Positions 22,782 to 33,130 are shown, counted from the first letter of the stretch. The stretch: DNA of 64,000 bases from a bacterium (GCA_027482685.1 JAIXVU010000008.1:4652-68651), one strand, 5' to 3'. Notes: a model not told the origin generated them from the sequence alone. Made by a program: numbers and translations.

Positions 22782-22851
22782 AGATGTATAGAAGAACTGC
22801 TTGGCGCTACGTTTGTAGTGCCTTTGTTTTTATCTAGAACCTTCTAAAAAA

Positions 22852-23403
22852 TTATGCACTCATCAGCTTCTTGTATATCTCAACAAGAGCACGAGTATCA
22901 GCAAGAGCGGTGTGTGCTTTGCTATTTTCAACTTTTAACAAATCACATAAAAAGCGTAGAGAAAACTTATCTGCAGATGGGACATCATACAGCCTAGCAA
23001 AAGCAATTGAAATCGTGTCTAATTTTGCATAATGCATTTGGTTATCCACCCCAGTCTCGTCGAAAGCTTTCATGACAAAGGCATAATCAAAAACAAGGTT
23101 ATGTGACACGAATGTACAACTTTGTGTCTTCTTAGCAAATTCTTGCATTGCTTTTTTCCTATCTACCGCAAACATCCAGTCAACTTCATTATAACCATTT
23201 ACTCGAAGAGCTTGCTCATCGGCTGTATTTATGTGTTCTGGTTTTATCTTCCATTCGGCTTCTTCAATAATTTCAATTGACGGACCTTTACCTTCACGTG
23301 TTACTTGTCTTGCGATAATAACAGCAAGTTCTATTATTTCATGTCTATTAGGATCTGTGCCTGTTGTTTCTGTGTCAATAAATGCAAGATTGTGTACTTT
23401 CAT
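22852..23403 (-). CDS. DEDDh 3'-5' exonuclease (DnaQ/RNase T-like)
   Basis: Exo I motif FIDTETTG; Exo III motif HTALADTRAL. Confidence 0.7.
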   Translation of the reverse strand: MKVHNLAFIDTETTGTDPNRHEIIELAVIIARQVTREGKGPSIEIIEEAEWKIKPEHINTADEQALRVNGYNEVDWMFAVDRKKAMQEFAKKTQSCTFVSHNLVFDYAFVMKAFDETGVDNQMHYAKLDTISIAFARLYDVPSADKFSLRFLCDLLKVENSKAHTALADTRALVEIYKKLMSA

Positions 23404-23484
23404 ATAATCTATTCTAGGACTAATAAGTAAATGTGGTGTTACCTAGCATACCACAACACATCATCAGTAACATAGGCATATATA

Positions 23485-24423
23485 TCACCTAAGGTATTTA
23501 TCGATATTCTTCTTATGTTCATCATAGGTCTTAGCATAGTACATATTGCCATCATTGCCAGTTATATAGTAAAGATAAGGACTTTCTGTCGGATATATCA
23601 CCGCCCGCATCGCAACAATACCAGGGTTATTAATAATACGAGCTGGTATCCCTTTGCGAGCATATGTTTCAAGAGCAACATCAACCTGTAATGGCATTCC
23701 TATCTCCAAGCGTTTCTTTAAAATACCTGATACGATTTTCATATCCACTTCTCCTTTCGCTTCCCCCTCAAGAATCGCAGCAAGGGATATGAGGTCACGT
23801 TTTGTATCAAGCCATGACGGAAGTGAGGTTGTACCAAACGCAATCGAATACTCTTTATCAAACGTATCCGTTAATATCTCGATGCTTTTTGATTCTGTTG
23901 TGGAAGGTAGCAGGAAGTAGGTTGATGGAAACAAAATACCTGTAGCTTTTTTTTCTATCACTGTATCTAAAAATTTCTGCTTGGAAAAGAGAGGTAAGGC
24001 GGATGCTAAAAGATTAGCAACCTCCTCATCAGTACTACCTTCAGGAATAGTGACAGCAACTAGTGGCTTCGTTGGACCAATAAGCGTCAACCTATCAACC
24101 AAAAGAGCAAGGGGTAACCTGGTATCAAAAAAATACTCCCCGAGCTGTACATGTCTATCTCTTTTTCCAAACGATACCCATATACGAAACACGAGTGCGG
24201 AGTGAGTATATCCTTCTGATTCTAATCGAGCGCTGACACTGCTTAAGCTTTCTCCTTCATTTACTATAAATGACTGGTTAATTGGAAATGCACTAGGTGC
24301 GGTAAAAAGACGAAAGATAAAATATATACACAATACTATACCTACTATACCAATCAAGTACTGTCGTAATCGCATAGCTCTATTGTGGGAGATTAACTGG
24401 TGCGACTCCCTTAGCACTATCAA
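23485..24423 (-). CDS. mltG: Endolytic murein transglycosylase MltG (YceG-like)
   Basis: N-terminal TM and a YceG C-terminal pattern (GIPARIINNPG...YYITGNDGNMYYA). Confidence 0.7.
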   Translation of the reverse strand: MIVLRESHQLISHNRAMRLRQYLIGIVGIVLCIYFIFRLFTAPSAFPINQSFIVNEGESLSSVSARLESEGYTHSALVFRIWVSFGKRDRHVQLGEYFFDTRLPLALLVDRLTLIGPTKPLVAVTIPEGSTDEEVANLLASALPLFSKQKFLDTVIEKKATGILFPSTYFLLPSTTESKSIEILTDTFDKEYSIAFGTTSLPSWLDTKRDLISLAAILEGEAKGEVDMKIVSGILKKRLEIGMPLQVDVALETYARKGIPARIINNPGIVAMRAVIYPTESPYLYYITGNDGNMYYAKTYDEHKKNIDKYLR

Positions 24424-25900
24424 TACGCGGAAGAGTAGGTGTTCCAGCTACTGCTCCAGGGAAGTGCCACAAGGTAGCGAGTTCCTCTAAATTTAAACAG
24501 CTAACCTCAGCATGCGGGTGATCAAAGGGATGAAATATGGATTCATATAACATACGAAACCTTTTACGAGCTTTTCCACCGTGCTCCCAAAAGAATATAT
24601 CCTCCCATTTATCAAGAGAATCACGAGGCCCTGCATGTGGAAAGAATCCTTCTCGTTCAACAAATGCCTCAAACATCTCTTCCTTACGCCACGGAACTCT
24701 TTTACCAAAAGTATTTTGCCAAGGAAAGTCATAATTATCTACAGTGCTTAAACTAAAAGCATTTCCAGGTGTATTTCCACTATTATTGAAATGTCTCATG
24801 ATAGCAAGTGTGGTTGGAATATACTGCCCCTTCACTACGTCTTTTTTTGCTATATAAATGAGGCGAATAATTGTACGCACGATAGGCTTGGATAATTTAC
24901 GATTTATTTGTTCTATTTCATCTTTTTCTTCTTGTGTTAACGATACCTCCCCTTTACTAACTTCTTTTGGTTTATCAAAATTATATGTAATTGGCTCTGA
25001 GCCAATAATTTTCCCATCAGCATCTTTTATATCTTTCGTTTTCGGATTGCCGTAGTCATCATAAACAGGGTCTCCTTTTTTAAGAACTGCCGCGGTTCGT
25101 ATTTGCTTCTTGCGTGCATTTGCCATGTCGGCAAGTGACATATGTTCGTGAGACTCCTCATTAAGGTATGTTTTTGGTAAAACTTTACCGTTATGTTTAC
25201 TATCATCCTGCACCAAAATCTGGAACCATCCATATTCATCTTTACTAAGTGAACCGAAAAATTCTAATAATGGTGTTATTGGATCAGTCTTAAACTCTTC
25301 TTTTGGATCTTTATCAAGTCCGTAATCAACATACGTTTTGAGAGGTAGGTAGTCTGCCTTCATTGTATAGTCCCCACCATCTTTTTTATACGTATTACCA
25401 TTTTTATCTCTTGGAGTCCAAGTTTTACTAAGTGGATACATATTCCCCCACATATCTACATCCTTAGAGAGATGATGATAACGAATTCTAGATGTATAAT
25501 CATCAGCTTCAATAATCTCTATGCCTGGATACTGCGCATAAAGGTTTGCCTCAATAAGTGAGCGAAATTTTTTATGTGTTCGTATGTAAAAATGTATCAC
25601 ACCCTCAAGAGAAGCTATCTCTAGTGAGAAAAAATTAAGCATTTGCCCCTTAACGTTGCGATCATACCACGTACCTACGCCACTATTCTGAAGAAGAGCA
25701 CTTAAAGCAACTTCCATAGCAAGTGGAGATTTGAAAATATCTCGAGGTAATTTAATCTCAAGCAAGATACAGTCTTTTTGATACTTATTCAACCATTTCT
25801 GATTGATATACATCTTCCAAAATCGCCAACACCATGCACACACAAGAAGAAATGCAAAAAGATAAAATAAAACAAGAGTTACATCAATTAGAAACTGCAT
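24380..25900 (-). CDS. Hypothetical membrane-anchored protein, 506 aa
   Basis: N-terminal TM; no confident domain; overlaps mltG by 44 nt. Confidence 0.5.
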   Translation of the reverse strand: MQFLIDVTLVLFYLFAFLLVCAWCWRFWKMYINQKWLNKYQKDCILLEIKLPRDIFKSPLAMEVALSALLQNSGVGTWYDRNVKGQMLNFFSLEIASLEGVIHFYIRTHKKFRSLIEANLYAQYPGIEIIEADDYTSRIRYHHLSKDVDMWGNMYPLSKTWTPRDKNGNTYKKDGGDYTMKADYLPLKTYVDYGLDKDPKEEFKTDPITPLLEFFGSLSKDEYGWFQILVQDDSKHNGKVLPKTYLNEESHEHMSLADMANARKKQIRTAAVLKKGDPVYDDYGNPKTKDIKDADGKIIGSEPITYNFDKPKEVSKGEVSLTQEEKDEIEQINRKLSKPIVRTIIRLIYIAKKDVVKGQYIPTTLAIMRHFNNSGNTPGNAFSLSTVDNYDFPWQNTFGKRVPWRKEEMFEAFVEREGFFPHAGPRDSLDKWEDIFFWEHGGKARKRFRMLYESIFHPFDHPHAEVSCLNLEELATLWHFPGAVAGTPTLPRIDSAKGVAPVNLPQ

Positions 25901-25975
25901 ATATGATAAAGTATACCAAAGTTAGGATATAGGGACTAGGGATTAAGGTTTAAGTGACTTGGATACAAAGATACA

Positions 25976-26003
25976 AAAAGCGACGCCTGCGGCGTCGCTT
26001 TTT
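25976..26003. terminator. Bidirectional rho-independent terminator
   Basis: AAAAAGCGACGCC-TGCG-GGCGTCGCTTTTT. Confidence 0.75.
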
Positions 26004-26034
26004 GACTAGTCCCTAACCTCTAACAATCTAGTAT

Positions 26035-27063
26035 CTAAATTAGAGTATACTCTCCTGCTATTTTTTTGAAGTGTTTTGCATTTTGTAGATTTACAAGTAC
26101 CGTGTTTGGCTTTACTACACGCTTTACAAGAACACGCTTGATTACTTCATCTTTTGGAAGAGGACGACCTGCTTCTTTGAGAACTTCCGTAATCACATCA
26201 CGAACAACTCCGCCTGTATGACCCCAATCCTTAAGACCGTACATTCCACGACCAACTAGTACAAAACGTGGATCCTTAATAAGCTCATTGTGACAGGTTG
26301 CAACGTGAGCCTTCTTACCAAAAGTCTTATTTATCTCTTGTGCAACTTCTTTAAAGTGCATAGGTCGATTAGCACGGCGCATAATGAGATACGCGTAATC
26401 CTTTATACCGCGAGCCTTCACATGAGGAGATGTCATGCGACCCCATTCGTTTAGCTGGTTCTTGCCGATTACTTTTGAAAGCGTAAGATAACGCTTGATG
26501 ATATCTTTGTTGTTTTTGTATTCACTTACAAGCTCTGTAAGATGTCCCATAAAGCGATTAAATACCTCTTCTTCGCTAATAAGATCTTCTTCTCCGATGC
26601 CGTCATGAAGTTTACCGAGTGATCCACGAACATGGTTACCGGTAACCTCATCAACACTAAAATGTGCGGTAAAGTTATCATCTTCCTTATGCTTTTTGAA
26701 ATCATCATGAAGCGCGAGATAGAGCATAATGTGATTCTGGATAATAGGATCTTTTGATATATATTTCATCAGATGATCCTCAGATACTACAGACCCTAAA
26801 TCCTTGATAATACTTTTGAGCTCATCAAACACAAAAGCATGCTCCTTGTAATCCTTTGACTTTCTGATAGAGGCAAGAGCAAAGTTCTCAATCTGACGAA
26901 CACGCTCACGTGTAATGTCGTATGTCTTACCGATTGCTTCAAGTGTCATACGGTTTTCCTTCTCGAGCCCATAACGATTAACCACAATCTCGCGAGTTCG
27001 CGGGTTAAGAGTTGTGAGCAGCTTTTTTGAAACAGCTTTTGGTTTAAATGTGATACCTGGCAT
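26035..27063 (-). CDS. Sigma-70 region-4-like HTH protein with C-terminal HARE-HTH domain(s)
   Basis: The N-terminus LEAIGKTYDITRERVRQIE resembles sigma-70 region 4; the C-terminus VLVGRGMYGLKDWG is a HARE-HTH signature. Confidence 0.5.
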   Translation of the reverse strand: MPGITFKPKAVSKKLLTTLNPRTREIVVNRYGLEKENRMTLEAIGKTYDITRERVRQIENFALASIRKSKDYKEHAFVFDELKSIIKDLGSVVSEDHLMKYISKDPIIQNHIMLYLALHDDFKKHKEDDNFTAHFSVDEVTGNHVRGSLGKLHDGIGEEDLISEEEVFNRFMGHLTELVSEYKNNKDIIKRYLTLSKVIGKNQLNEWGRMTSPHVKARGIKDYAYLIMRRANRPMHFKEVAQEINKTFGKKAHVATCHNELIKDPRFVLVGRGMYGLKDWGHTGGVVRDVITEVLKEAGRPLPKDEVIKRVLVKRVVKPNTVLVNLQNAKHFKKIAGEYTLI

Positions 27064-27134
27064 TTGGGTTTTTAATTTAGTAGTCTTATTCTACTATAAC
27101 TTGCCAAAAACGTCAAATTAGTATCAAATAAAAA

Positions 27135-29579
27135 TCAAAGAACGATATTAACAAGACGGTTTTTGACGAATATAATTTTCTTAGGTTCTGCATTTTCTAT
27201 ATATTTCTTATATATATCAAGGGTTTTTAGCAATTCTATAACTGCTTCTTCTTCTAAGTCTTTCGGTGTGATAAACGTCCCTCGTAACTTACCAGCTACC
27301 TGAAAAGCATATGTTACCTCACTTTCTATCATAAGAGACTCATCTGGAAGTGGCCAACCTGAGGTGTGGATAGAGGTCGTATAACCTAGATTCTTCCATA
27401 GTTCCTCGGTAATAAATGGTGCAAATGGTGCAAGAATCTTCAGGAACATTTCAAAGTCACCTTTCGCGATTTTGTCTTTCTTCTCAAACTCATTCACACA
27501 GATCATGAGGGACGATATCGCTGTGTTAAATGCAGTACTATCTATGTCACGGCTGACTTTTACAATGGTCTGATGGATTATAGGAAGAGACGGAGTATTC
27601 ACTACTACCTTACCTGCACACTTTTCTACTTTATCCATGAACCTACTCACTCCAACTATTGCCTTGTCATCCCATGCAACAGACTGATCAAAAGGACCTA
27701 TAAACATCTCATATACTCGCAGCACATCAGCACCATATTCTGTAATTATTTTATCTGGATTAACAACATTACCAAGTGACTTGCTCATCTTTACACCTCC
27801 TGCACCTAGTATCATTCCTTGAGATGTACGTTTATAGTATGGCTCGCTTGTTGGAACGATTCCGATATCAAAAAGGAACTTATACCAGAAACGTGAGTAC
27901 AGTAAGTGAAGCGTTGTATGCTCCATACCCCCGTTATACCAATCTACCGGCAACCATTTTGCAAGGAGATCCTTATCCCCTAACGCCTGATTATTCCTTG
28001 GATCAATATAACGCATAAAATACCATGATGAACCCGCCCACTGTGGCATTGTGTCAGTCTCACGACGAAATACTTCACCATTATCATCAGTTGTAAAATG
28101 CCCCGTAGAATCAATACGCCCTTTCACATTCACCCAGTCTGAGATTATCGCTAGCGGTGACTCACCATTATCTGTAGGTTCATATTTATCTACCATCGGT
28201 AACACTATTGGTAACTCACTCTCTGCAACTGGATACATAGTTCCATCCTTGTCGTATACAACTGGTATAGGCTCCCCCCAATATCGCTGACGAGCAAATA
28301 CCCAATCACGGAGTTTAGATTTGATGACAATCTTACCTCCAACTGCTTCAGTGATTTTCTTACGAGCAACTTCTGAAGTAAGTCCGTAGAAAACTCCCTC
28401 TTCAAAAACTTTTCCTTCTCCACAATAAGGTTTGTTGTTAACTAAATCTATAAATACTTGATCATCAACGAAAATAGCTTTCTTAATTGTAAGATTATAC
28501 TGCTTTGCGAATTCATAATCTCGCTCATCATGCGCTGGCACTGCCATGATTGCTCCTGTGCCATACTGAGGGAGAACATAGTCTGCGATGAAGACTGGAA
28601 CTTCTTCATTATTTGCAGGATTGATCGCAACTACACCTTCTAGCTTCACACCTGTTTTTTCTTTACCTTCTGCACTTCTATCAATATCCGTCTTTAATCG
28701 TGCGTTATCTTTGTATTCGGTCACCTCACTACTATTAGTAATAACATTATTAGAAAGCAACTCCATGACAAGCGGCTGTTCAGGTGCGAGCACGCAGTAC
28801 GTGCAACCAAAGAGCGTATCGGCACGAGTTGTAAAAATAGTAAAGGAACTTTCAAAAGACGCATCTTCAGATTTTATCTTAAAATCAATCTCACTCCCCT
28901 CTGATAGTCCGATCCAATTACGTTGTTGAGTTTTTATTTTTTCTAGATATGCTGTGTCATCAAGATCTTTATCTAGTCGCTCTGCATATTTGGTAATAGC
29001 AAGCATCCACTGTTCTTTGTTTTTCTTTTCAACCGTTGTGCCACAGCGCTCACATGCACCATCTACCACTTCTTCGTTAGCAAGCACACACTTATCCTTC
29101 GGACACCAGTTAACAGGCATCTCTTTTTTATATGCCAACCCCTTCTCATACATCTTTAGGAATATCCACTGAGTCCATTTATAATATTCTGGATCTGTAG
29201 TCTCGAACTTTCTCTCCCAATCAAATGAAAAACCGCAATCCATCATCTGACGCTCGAAGTTATCAATATTTTTGCGTGTCGTGATGCTTGGGTGTATACC
29301 AGTCTTGATAGCATAGTTTTCAGCTGGTAACCCAAAAGCGTCATACCCCATCGGAAAGAGCACTTCATACCCCTCACGACGTTTTTTGCGCGCTATAACA
29401 TCCATAGCGGTATAACTACGTACATGCCCAACATGAAGTCCTTCACCGGATGGATATGGAAACTCAACAAGTAAGAAAAGCTTCTTCTTATCTCTTGTTA
29501 CATCTGTACTATAGATACCATCATCCTTCCATTTCTTGGACCAGTAGTCACTTAGGGCTTTGTAATCTAGGTTACTCAT
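27135..29579 (-). CDS. leuS: Leucyl-tRNA synthetase
   Basis: HIGH motif (HVGHVRSY) and KMSKS (VKMSKSLGN) are both present; 814 aa. Confidence 0.95.
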   Translation of the reverse strand: MSNLDYKALSDYWSKKWKDDGIYSTDVTRDKKKLFLLVEFPYPSGEGLHVGHVRSYTAMDVIARKKRREGYEVLFPMGYDAFGLPAENYAIKTGIHPSITTRKNIDNFERQMMDCGFSFDWERKFETTDPEYYKWTQWIFLKMYEKGLAYKKEMPVNWCPKDKCVLANEEVVDGACERCGTTVEKKNKEQWMLAITKYAERLDKDLDDTAYLEKIKTQQRNWIGLSEGSEIDFKIKSEDASFESSFTIFTTRADTLFGCTYCVLAPEQPLVMELLSNNVITNSSEVTEYKDNARLKTDIDRSAEGKEKTGVKLEGVVAINPANNEEVPVFIADYVLPQYGTGAIMAVPAHDERDYEFAKQYNLTIKKAIFVDDQVFIDLVNNKPYCGEGKVFEEGVFYGLTSEVARKKITEAVGGKIVIKSKLRDWVFARQRYWGEPIPVVYDKDGTMYPVAESELPIVLPMVDKYEPTDNGESPLAIISDWVNVKGRIDSTGHFTTDDNGEVFRRETDTMPQWAGSSWYFMRYIDPRNNQALGDKDLLAKWLPVDWYNGGMEHTTLHLLYSRFWYKFLFDIGIVPTSEPYYKRTSQGMILGAGGVKMSKSLGNVVNPDKIITEYGADVLRVYEMFIGPFDQSVAWDDKAIVGVSRFMDKVEKCAGKVVVNTPSLPIIHQTIVKVSRDIDSTAFNTAISSLMICVNEFEKKDKIAKGDFEMFLKILAPFAPFITEELWKNLGYTTSIHTSGWPLPDESLMIESEVTYAFQVAGKLRGTFITPKDLEEEAVIELLKTLDIYKKYIENAEPKKIIFVKNRLVNIVL

Positions 29580-29661
29580 ATATACAACTATATCATTTCT
29601 CTATAAAAATAAGAAAAAGGCACCCCTTAGGGCGCCGTGTGATTTCTCCGAGTTTCTGATC

Positions 29662-30123
29662 TTATTTTCTGATAAGCTTGCAACGAAGTGCATTCCTTTC
29701 ATCCATCCATAGCTCACCGCACTTGTTCTGTCCTTTACCATCAGGACCGGAACCCCAAAATGCATCTGTTGTAGAAGCCTCACAGAGGCTGTGTGGGCAC
29801 GTTTCTAAGAGTACTTCGCACACCAGTGCATGCTGTTCGGTCTTGAGATGAATGAGTTCTCTCATTACGCCAACCTTGAGACATCCCCAATTATATCTCT
29901 TATTATGAGCATTCTTGGGATGATGCGCAATCCGCTTTGCTTCATATGGAGATGTTGCTGCGTGGATTGCGTTTATGATTTCTTGGTCGTCAAACTTTGC
30001 TGCTTGATACGCATGCTCAAGCGTTGGCCAAAGGCGTCCTCTGTACCGGATGGCAAACGGCGCAGTGTTATCGAGATAGTCAATTCTTGAAATATAGAAC
30101 TGCCCAGGTTTTTTGTTTGACAT
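29662..30123 (-). CDS. NADAR (YbiA/DUF1768) domain protein
   Basis: WPTLEHAYQAAKF matches the NADAR EHxxQxxKF motif; 153 aa; GC slightly elevated. Confidence 0.7.
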   Translation of the reverse strand: MSNKKPGQFYISRIDYLDNTAPFAIRYRGRLWPTLEHAYQAAKFDDQEIINAIHAATSPYEAKRIAHHPKNAHNKRYNWGCLKVGVMRELIHLKTEQHALVCEVLLETCPHSLCEASTTDAFWGSGPDGKGQNKCGELWMDERNALRCKLIRK

Positions 30124-30365
30124 TCGTCATTCTCCGAAAAATATATGAAATGGAACTACTATCCAAAAAAGATACTAAACTGTTTGAAGTCGAAAGTCAA
30201 AGAGTGGCGCCGTAGGCGCCACTCTTTGAAGAAATCTGCACAACAAATAGTTTTAAAATTATATTGGATACGCGAAGAGCAGATGTTTTTTGAAAGAAGA
30301 CATACTCAAACGTACGGCGACTGACGAAAACATCGCTCGACAAAGTAGACGAAGTGATTTTAGAA

Positions 30366-31469
30366 CTATTTCCCGTAGTACATGTCGGAGGATATAACAC
30401 GCTTAAAACAAGTCCTCTCTGCATCGTGATTCCAAAATGGTGACTGGTCGTACTCATAGTAATAGTTATTCGCAGAATAGAACTTAGACCCATCCATCTG
30501 CATACCACGACTATCTATTGCACGCTTAGTCTCAAATGTTGCACACAGCTCAAAGACTCCTTCTGTTACAAGTTCTTTTTTATTAAGTGTGAAGTTCATC
30601 TTAATCACAGGTTGCTGAATAACTTTATACTCATACGCATTTTTCGTAACTGGATCAACTGGTACAGAGAATCCTTGTAAAGCACTTGTCAACTCATCAA
30701 TAGTAAGTGGAAGCTTATCTGTTGTTTGGAAACGTCCTAATATTTGGCTTTGAATATTAGAGAGGTCGGTTAAACGAGTGCTGTCGATTTTCTTTGCTCG
30801 CATTTCGCTTGGAGTGCCTATTATCCTTACACTCCAGATGAGCGCACTTACCACTATAATAGCTGCAACAATACTTACAATAAACGGTATCTTTGTTTCC
30901 TTACTATAATCACGTTTCACTGAGTAGAAGTAATAACCAAACACAGAGAGCGCTACCGCAAATACAGAGAGCGCCTTATAGCCAAATCGTACTGACAACT
31001 CTCCTCCTAGATATGTATAGATGACAGAGACTAGTGTGCCAATAAGTGTACAGATAGTCACAAATATCGCAAGGTAGATCATTACCTTTCGTATGGTAAG
31101 GTCACGCTTGTATGTAAACTTTGCAATATCACGAGCAACATACCATGAAAGTCCAATATAAAGAGGGAACATGACAACAAGAGTTGCAATAGCCAACCTT
31201 ACATCGCTGTTGCTTGCATCGACATACTGCATGCCATTTAAGATATCAGGAAACTTTCTATCTATTGCTGTAAAAAGTATCGTAAGTAGATTCGTAACAC
31301 TCACTACAAGTGAAATACCGATACCTAGGTACACAAATACATCAAGTGCTTTTGTTTTTGTATCATTCATATATTTTTTTGAAAAGAAAAGTGAATAAAC
31401 CAATGTTCCAACTAATACGACGGGAACGAGAAGTGCTAAGATAACCCCAAATACTGCTGTTACTACCAT
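30366..31469 (-). CDS. Hypothetical multi-pass membrane protein with C-terminal soluble domain
   Basis: About 6 TM segments followed by a ~150-aa domain; no confident family. Confidence 0.5.
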   Translation of the reverse strand: MVVTAVFGVILALLVPVVLVGTLVYSLFFSKKYMNDTKTKALDVFVYLGIGISLVVSVTNLLTILFTAIDRKFPDILNGMQYVDASNSDVRLAIATLVVMFPLYIGLSWYVARDIAKFTYKRDLTIRKVMIYLAIFVTICTLIGTLVSVIYTYLGGELSVRFGYKALSVFAVALSVFGYYFYSVKRDYSKETKIPFIVSIVAAIIVVSALIWSVRIIGTPSEMRAKKIDSTRLTDLSNIQSQILGRFQTTDKLPLTIDELTSALQGFSVPVDPVTKNAYEYKVIQQPVIKMNFTLNKKELVTEGVFELCATFETKRAIDSRGMQMDGSKFYSANNYYYEYDQSPFWNHDAERTCFKRVISSDMYYGK

Positions 31470-31485
31470 TCCTCAATTCTACCAC

Positions 31486-32016
31486 TTGTATGATATAGTG
31501 GGAAGTATGAGTATTTCCCCTTCACAAAACCCCATAGAAAAGCTTGAAAATATGGCAATATCTCTAACTCGAGGTATAGGATCCATATGGTCAGTGATCA
31601 TCCATACACTCCTTTTCGCAAGTGCTTTTATTTCTATTCTATTGGGGGCAGATGTCGACAGGGTGCTGCTTGTTCTTACTACCATTGTCTCACTCGAAGC
31701 AATTTATCTCTCAATATTCATCCAGATGAGTGTCAACAACCAGGCAAAAGCTATAGCAAGTGTAGAGAAGGATATTGATGAAATTTCTCATGATGTAGAA
31801 GAAATTGCAGAGGATGTGGAAGGCATCGCAGAAGATGTTGAGGAAATTGCTGAAGACGTTGAAGAAATTGCTGAAGATGTAGAGGACATCCAAGAAGACA
31901 TGGAAGAGATTCAAGAAGATGTAGAAGGCATCCAAGAGGATATCGATGAGATACAGGAGGATGTTGAAGAGATTCAAGAGGCAGAGGATGACTCAGAAAA
32001 GAAACTTACTGCCTAG
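31486..32016 (+). CDS. Two-TM membrane protein (DUF1003-like) with acidic heptad-repeat tail
   Basis: TM hairpin followed by ~10 repeats of (E/H)D(V/I)(E/D)EI(A/Q). Confidence 0.5.
   Translation: MYDIVGSMSISPSQNPIEKLENMAISLTRGIGSIWSVIIHTLLFASAFISILLGADVDRVLLVLTTIVSLEAIYLSIFIQMSVNNQAKAIASVEKDIDEISHDVEEIAEDVEGIAEDVEEIAEDVEEIAEDVEDIQEDMEEIQEDVEGIQEDIDEIQEDVEEIQEAEDDSEKKLTA
31771..31980 (+). repeat. Coding 21-bp imperfect tandem repeat (~10 units)
   Basis: gatgt(a/t)ga(a/g)ga(a/g)at(t/c)gc(a/t)ga(a/g) units encode the EDVEEIA heptads. Confidence 0.8.
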
Positions 32017-32752
32017 TCTTTGTTATAGTGGCGACTATTGCCATATGATCACTTACACCGTCAACAAGCTTAACATCTGAAGCGCTATACTCAGGTGTAG
32101 TGAATAATCCATCAACCATAAACTGAAGACCTTTTACACGATGAAGATTCTGGTCAAGGCTTGTAGTATAGTGCTTAGGAATGTTATCTTTATACTTTTC
32201 TACAATTTTTGTAAATGTTGCGTTTCCACGTGGTGCATTAAAATCTCCTACAAGGACAACCCCCTGTAACGAGTCCAAGTACTTAGACAAAGGTTCTACT
32301 ATCTCAAGCTGATGTGGAGTTGACTCTCCGCGAACCGTAACAGGAAAATGAGTGTTTGCAATAGTGTATACCTGACCGTCTTCTCCTAGCATACTAACGT
32401 GTACAACTACATAATTTTTCTGTAGATTTTCATCTTTATTATATTCATCAAACACGATACTTACATTCTCTTCCCTGCCCCAGTAAAAGCAATAACCGCT
32501 ATGTAGTATGTTCTTTGCAAAAATAGCATTCCCCTGTTTCTTGCCATGTTTATTTTTATAATGCTCTAAGTTCGAATTCTCATACATAAAAGCTTTATAA
32601 ACCCCTTCCATTCCTAACCGTTCCTTAATTACAAGAAAGTCATCTTCAAGTACTTCCTGTAAACAGATTATATCCGCATTCTCTTTCTCAAAAAATGGAA
32701 AAATTAAATCGTAGTGAAAATCTGTTTCTATGTTAAGTGAAATTAGCCTCAT
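32006..32752 (-). CDS. Endonuclease/exonuclease/phosphatase (EEP) family protein
   Basis: N-terminus LISLNIE...ADIICLQEV and C-terminus VSDHMAIV are both EEP hallmarks. Confidence 0.75.
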   Translation of the reverse strand: MRLISLNIETDFHYDLIFPFFEKENADIICLQEVLEDDFLVIKERLGMEGVYKAFMYENSNLEHYKNKHGKKQGNAIFAKNILHSGYCFYWGREENVSIVFDEYNKDENLQKNYVVVHVSMLGEDGQVYTIANTHFPVTVRGESTPHQLEIVEPLSKYLDSLQGVVLVGDFNAPRGNATFTKIVEKYKDNIPKHYTTSLDQNLHRVKGLQFMVDGLFTTPEYSASDVKLVDGVSDHMAIVATITKTRQ

Positions 32753-32791
32753 GTTTCAAAATAATTTTAGTAACATAGCACCATCCATAAA

Positions 32792-33130
32792 CTACTCAAA
32801 CATATGCAGTACCCAATTGATAAGTGAAAGAACTATAGAAAAATAAATTGCATACAAAAAAGACGGGATAACAAATCCGGGAACAATATAGCTTGCAAGT
32901 ACAATCATTGCACCATTAATAACAAATGAAAATAAGCCTAGTGTGATAGCTGTTATTGGAAGCGATATTATTGATATAATAGGCTTAATCGTTGTATTAA
33001 TCACCGCAAGCACGAGCGCCACAACAAATGCCGTCCACCCTGTAGCTAGCGTAAAAGTAATCGGTACACCAACCTTAGTAATATAACTTGTTGCAAGAAC
33101 TGATAATGTACGAATGATAAAATATCTCAT
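32792..33130 (-). CDS. Phage-holin-4_2/DUF360-family small membrane protein
   Basis: Four-TM protein with PILILLTLPLTILTLGLF-like and VPGF motifs. Confidence 0.55.
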   Translation of the reverse strand: MRYFIIRTLSVLATSYITKVGVPITFTLATGWTAFVVALVLAVINTTIKPIISIISLPITAITLGLFSFVINGAMIVLASYIVPGFVIPSFLYAIYFSIVLSLINWVLHMFE

